Shown: in pieces, positions 63,352 to 64,000 of the stretch
How positions within the stretch are numbered: the first letter of the stretch is position 1
Layout: the number at the start of each line of letters is the position of its first letter
Source: the human T2T-CHM13v2.0 reference genome, Homo sapiens
Assembly (NCBI RefSeq): GCF_009914755.1
Contig: NC_060947.1
DNA length: 64,000 nucleotides
Strand: one strand, 5' to 3'
Notes under the pieces: model-generated
Seen by the model: the letters and a program-made list of their open reading frames with translations, nothing else
What the model was told of the DNA's origin: nothing
Databases searched by the model: none
Translations under genes and position numbers: made by a program

Positions 63352-64000
63352 GATTTTTTTTTTATTATTATTATACTTTAAGTTCTGGGATACATGTGCA
63401 GAACGTGCAGGTTTGTTACATAGGTATACACATGCCATGGTGGTTTGCTGCACCCATCAACCTGTCATCTACATTAGGTATTTCTCTTACTGCTATCCCT
63501 CCCCTAACCTCCCACCCCTCGACAGGCCCCGGTGTGTGATGTTCCCGTCCCTGTGTCCATGGGCTCTCGTTGTTCAACTCCCACTTACGAGTGAGAACAT
63601 GCGGTGCCTGGTTTTCTGTTCCTGTGTTAGTTTGCTGAGATTGATGGCTTCCAGCTTCATCCATGTCCCTGCCAAGGACATGAACTCATCCTTTCTTATG
63701 GCTGCATAGTATTCCATGGTGTATCTGTGCCACGTTTTCTTTATCCAGTCTATCATTGATGAGCATTTGGGTTGGTTCCAAGTCTTTGCTATTGTGAACA
63801 GTGCTGCAACAAACATACATGTGCATGTGTCTTTATAGTAGAATGATTTATAATCCTTTGGGTATATAACCAGTAATGGGATTGCTGGATCAAATGGTAC
63901 TTCTGGTTCTAGATCCTTGAGGAATTGCCACACTGTCTTCCACAATGGTTGAACTAATTTACACTCCCACCAACAGTGTAAAAGCACACCTATTTCTCCA
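63352..64000 (-). mobile_element. L1PA (about L1PA7-8) 3' end, continuing past the window edge
   Basis: ttatactttaagttctgggatacatgtgcagaacgtgcagg; ORF 63574-63987 is the L1 ORF2p C-terminus (LLHCWWECKLVQPLWKTVW...PFDPAIPLL). Confidence 0.96.

Noticed and set aside
63574-63987. 137-aa ORF with recognisable protein sequence
   Set aside because: L1 ORF2p C-terminal remnant, not a host gene.

Overview
Primate, almost certainly human, genomic DNA from inside the dystrophin gene (DMD), which is transcribed on the minus strand. The only coding sequence I can support is one 147-bp in-frame exon at 42630-42776 (-). It translates to ALRGEIAPLKENVSHVNDLARQLTTLGIQLSPYNLSTLEDLNTRWKLLQ, which I recognise as DMD exon 60 (spectrin repeat 24), and it is missing from the supplied ORF track. 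Sequence to its left is intron 60 and to its right intron 59. The introns are filled with about 27 Alus (22 of them co-oriented with DMD), L1 3' fragments, L2, L3/CR1, MIR, MaLR/ERVL LTRs, hAT MITEs and microsatellites. Nearly all listed ORFs are Alu/L1/low-complexity artefacts. I found no convincing new biological system. The most interesting observations are: a fossil RTE-clade (L4-like) LINE visible only by translation; an L1 with a short 3' transduction inside a target site used twice; a near-adjacent inverted Alu pair; a frame-preserving 45-nt cryptic exon whose donor lies in a hairpin; other cryptic or recursive splice candidates; an Alu target site repeated three times on one flank; and two compact motif clusters (RORE/E-box and paired NF-kB). 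Repeat subfamily calls and boundaries were made by eye and are approximate.
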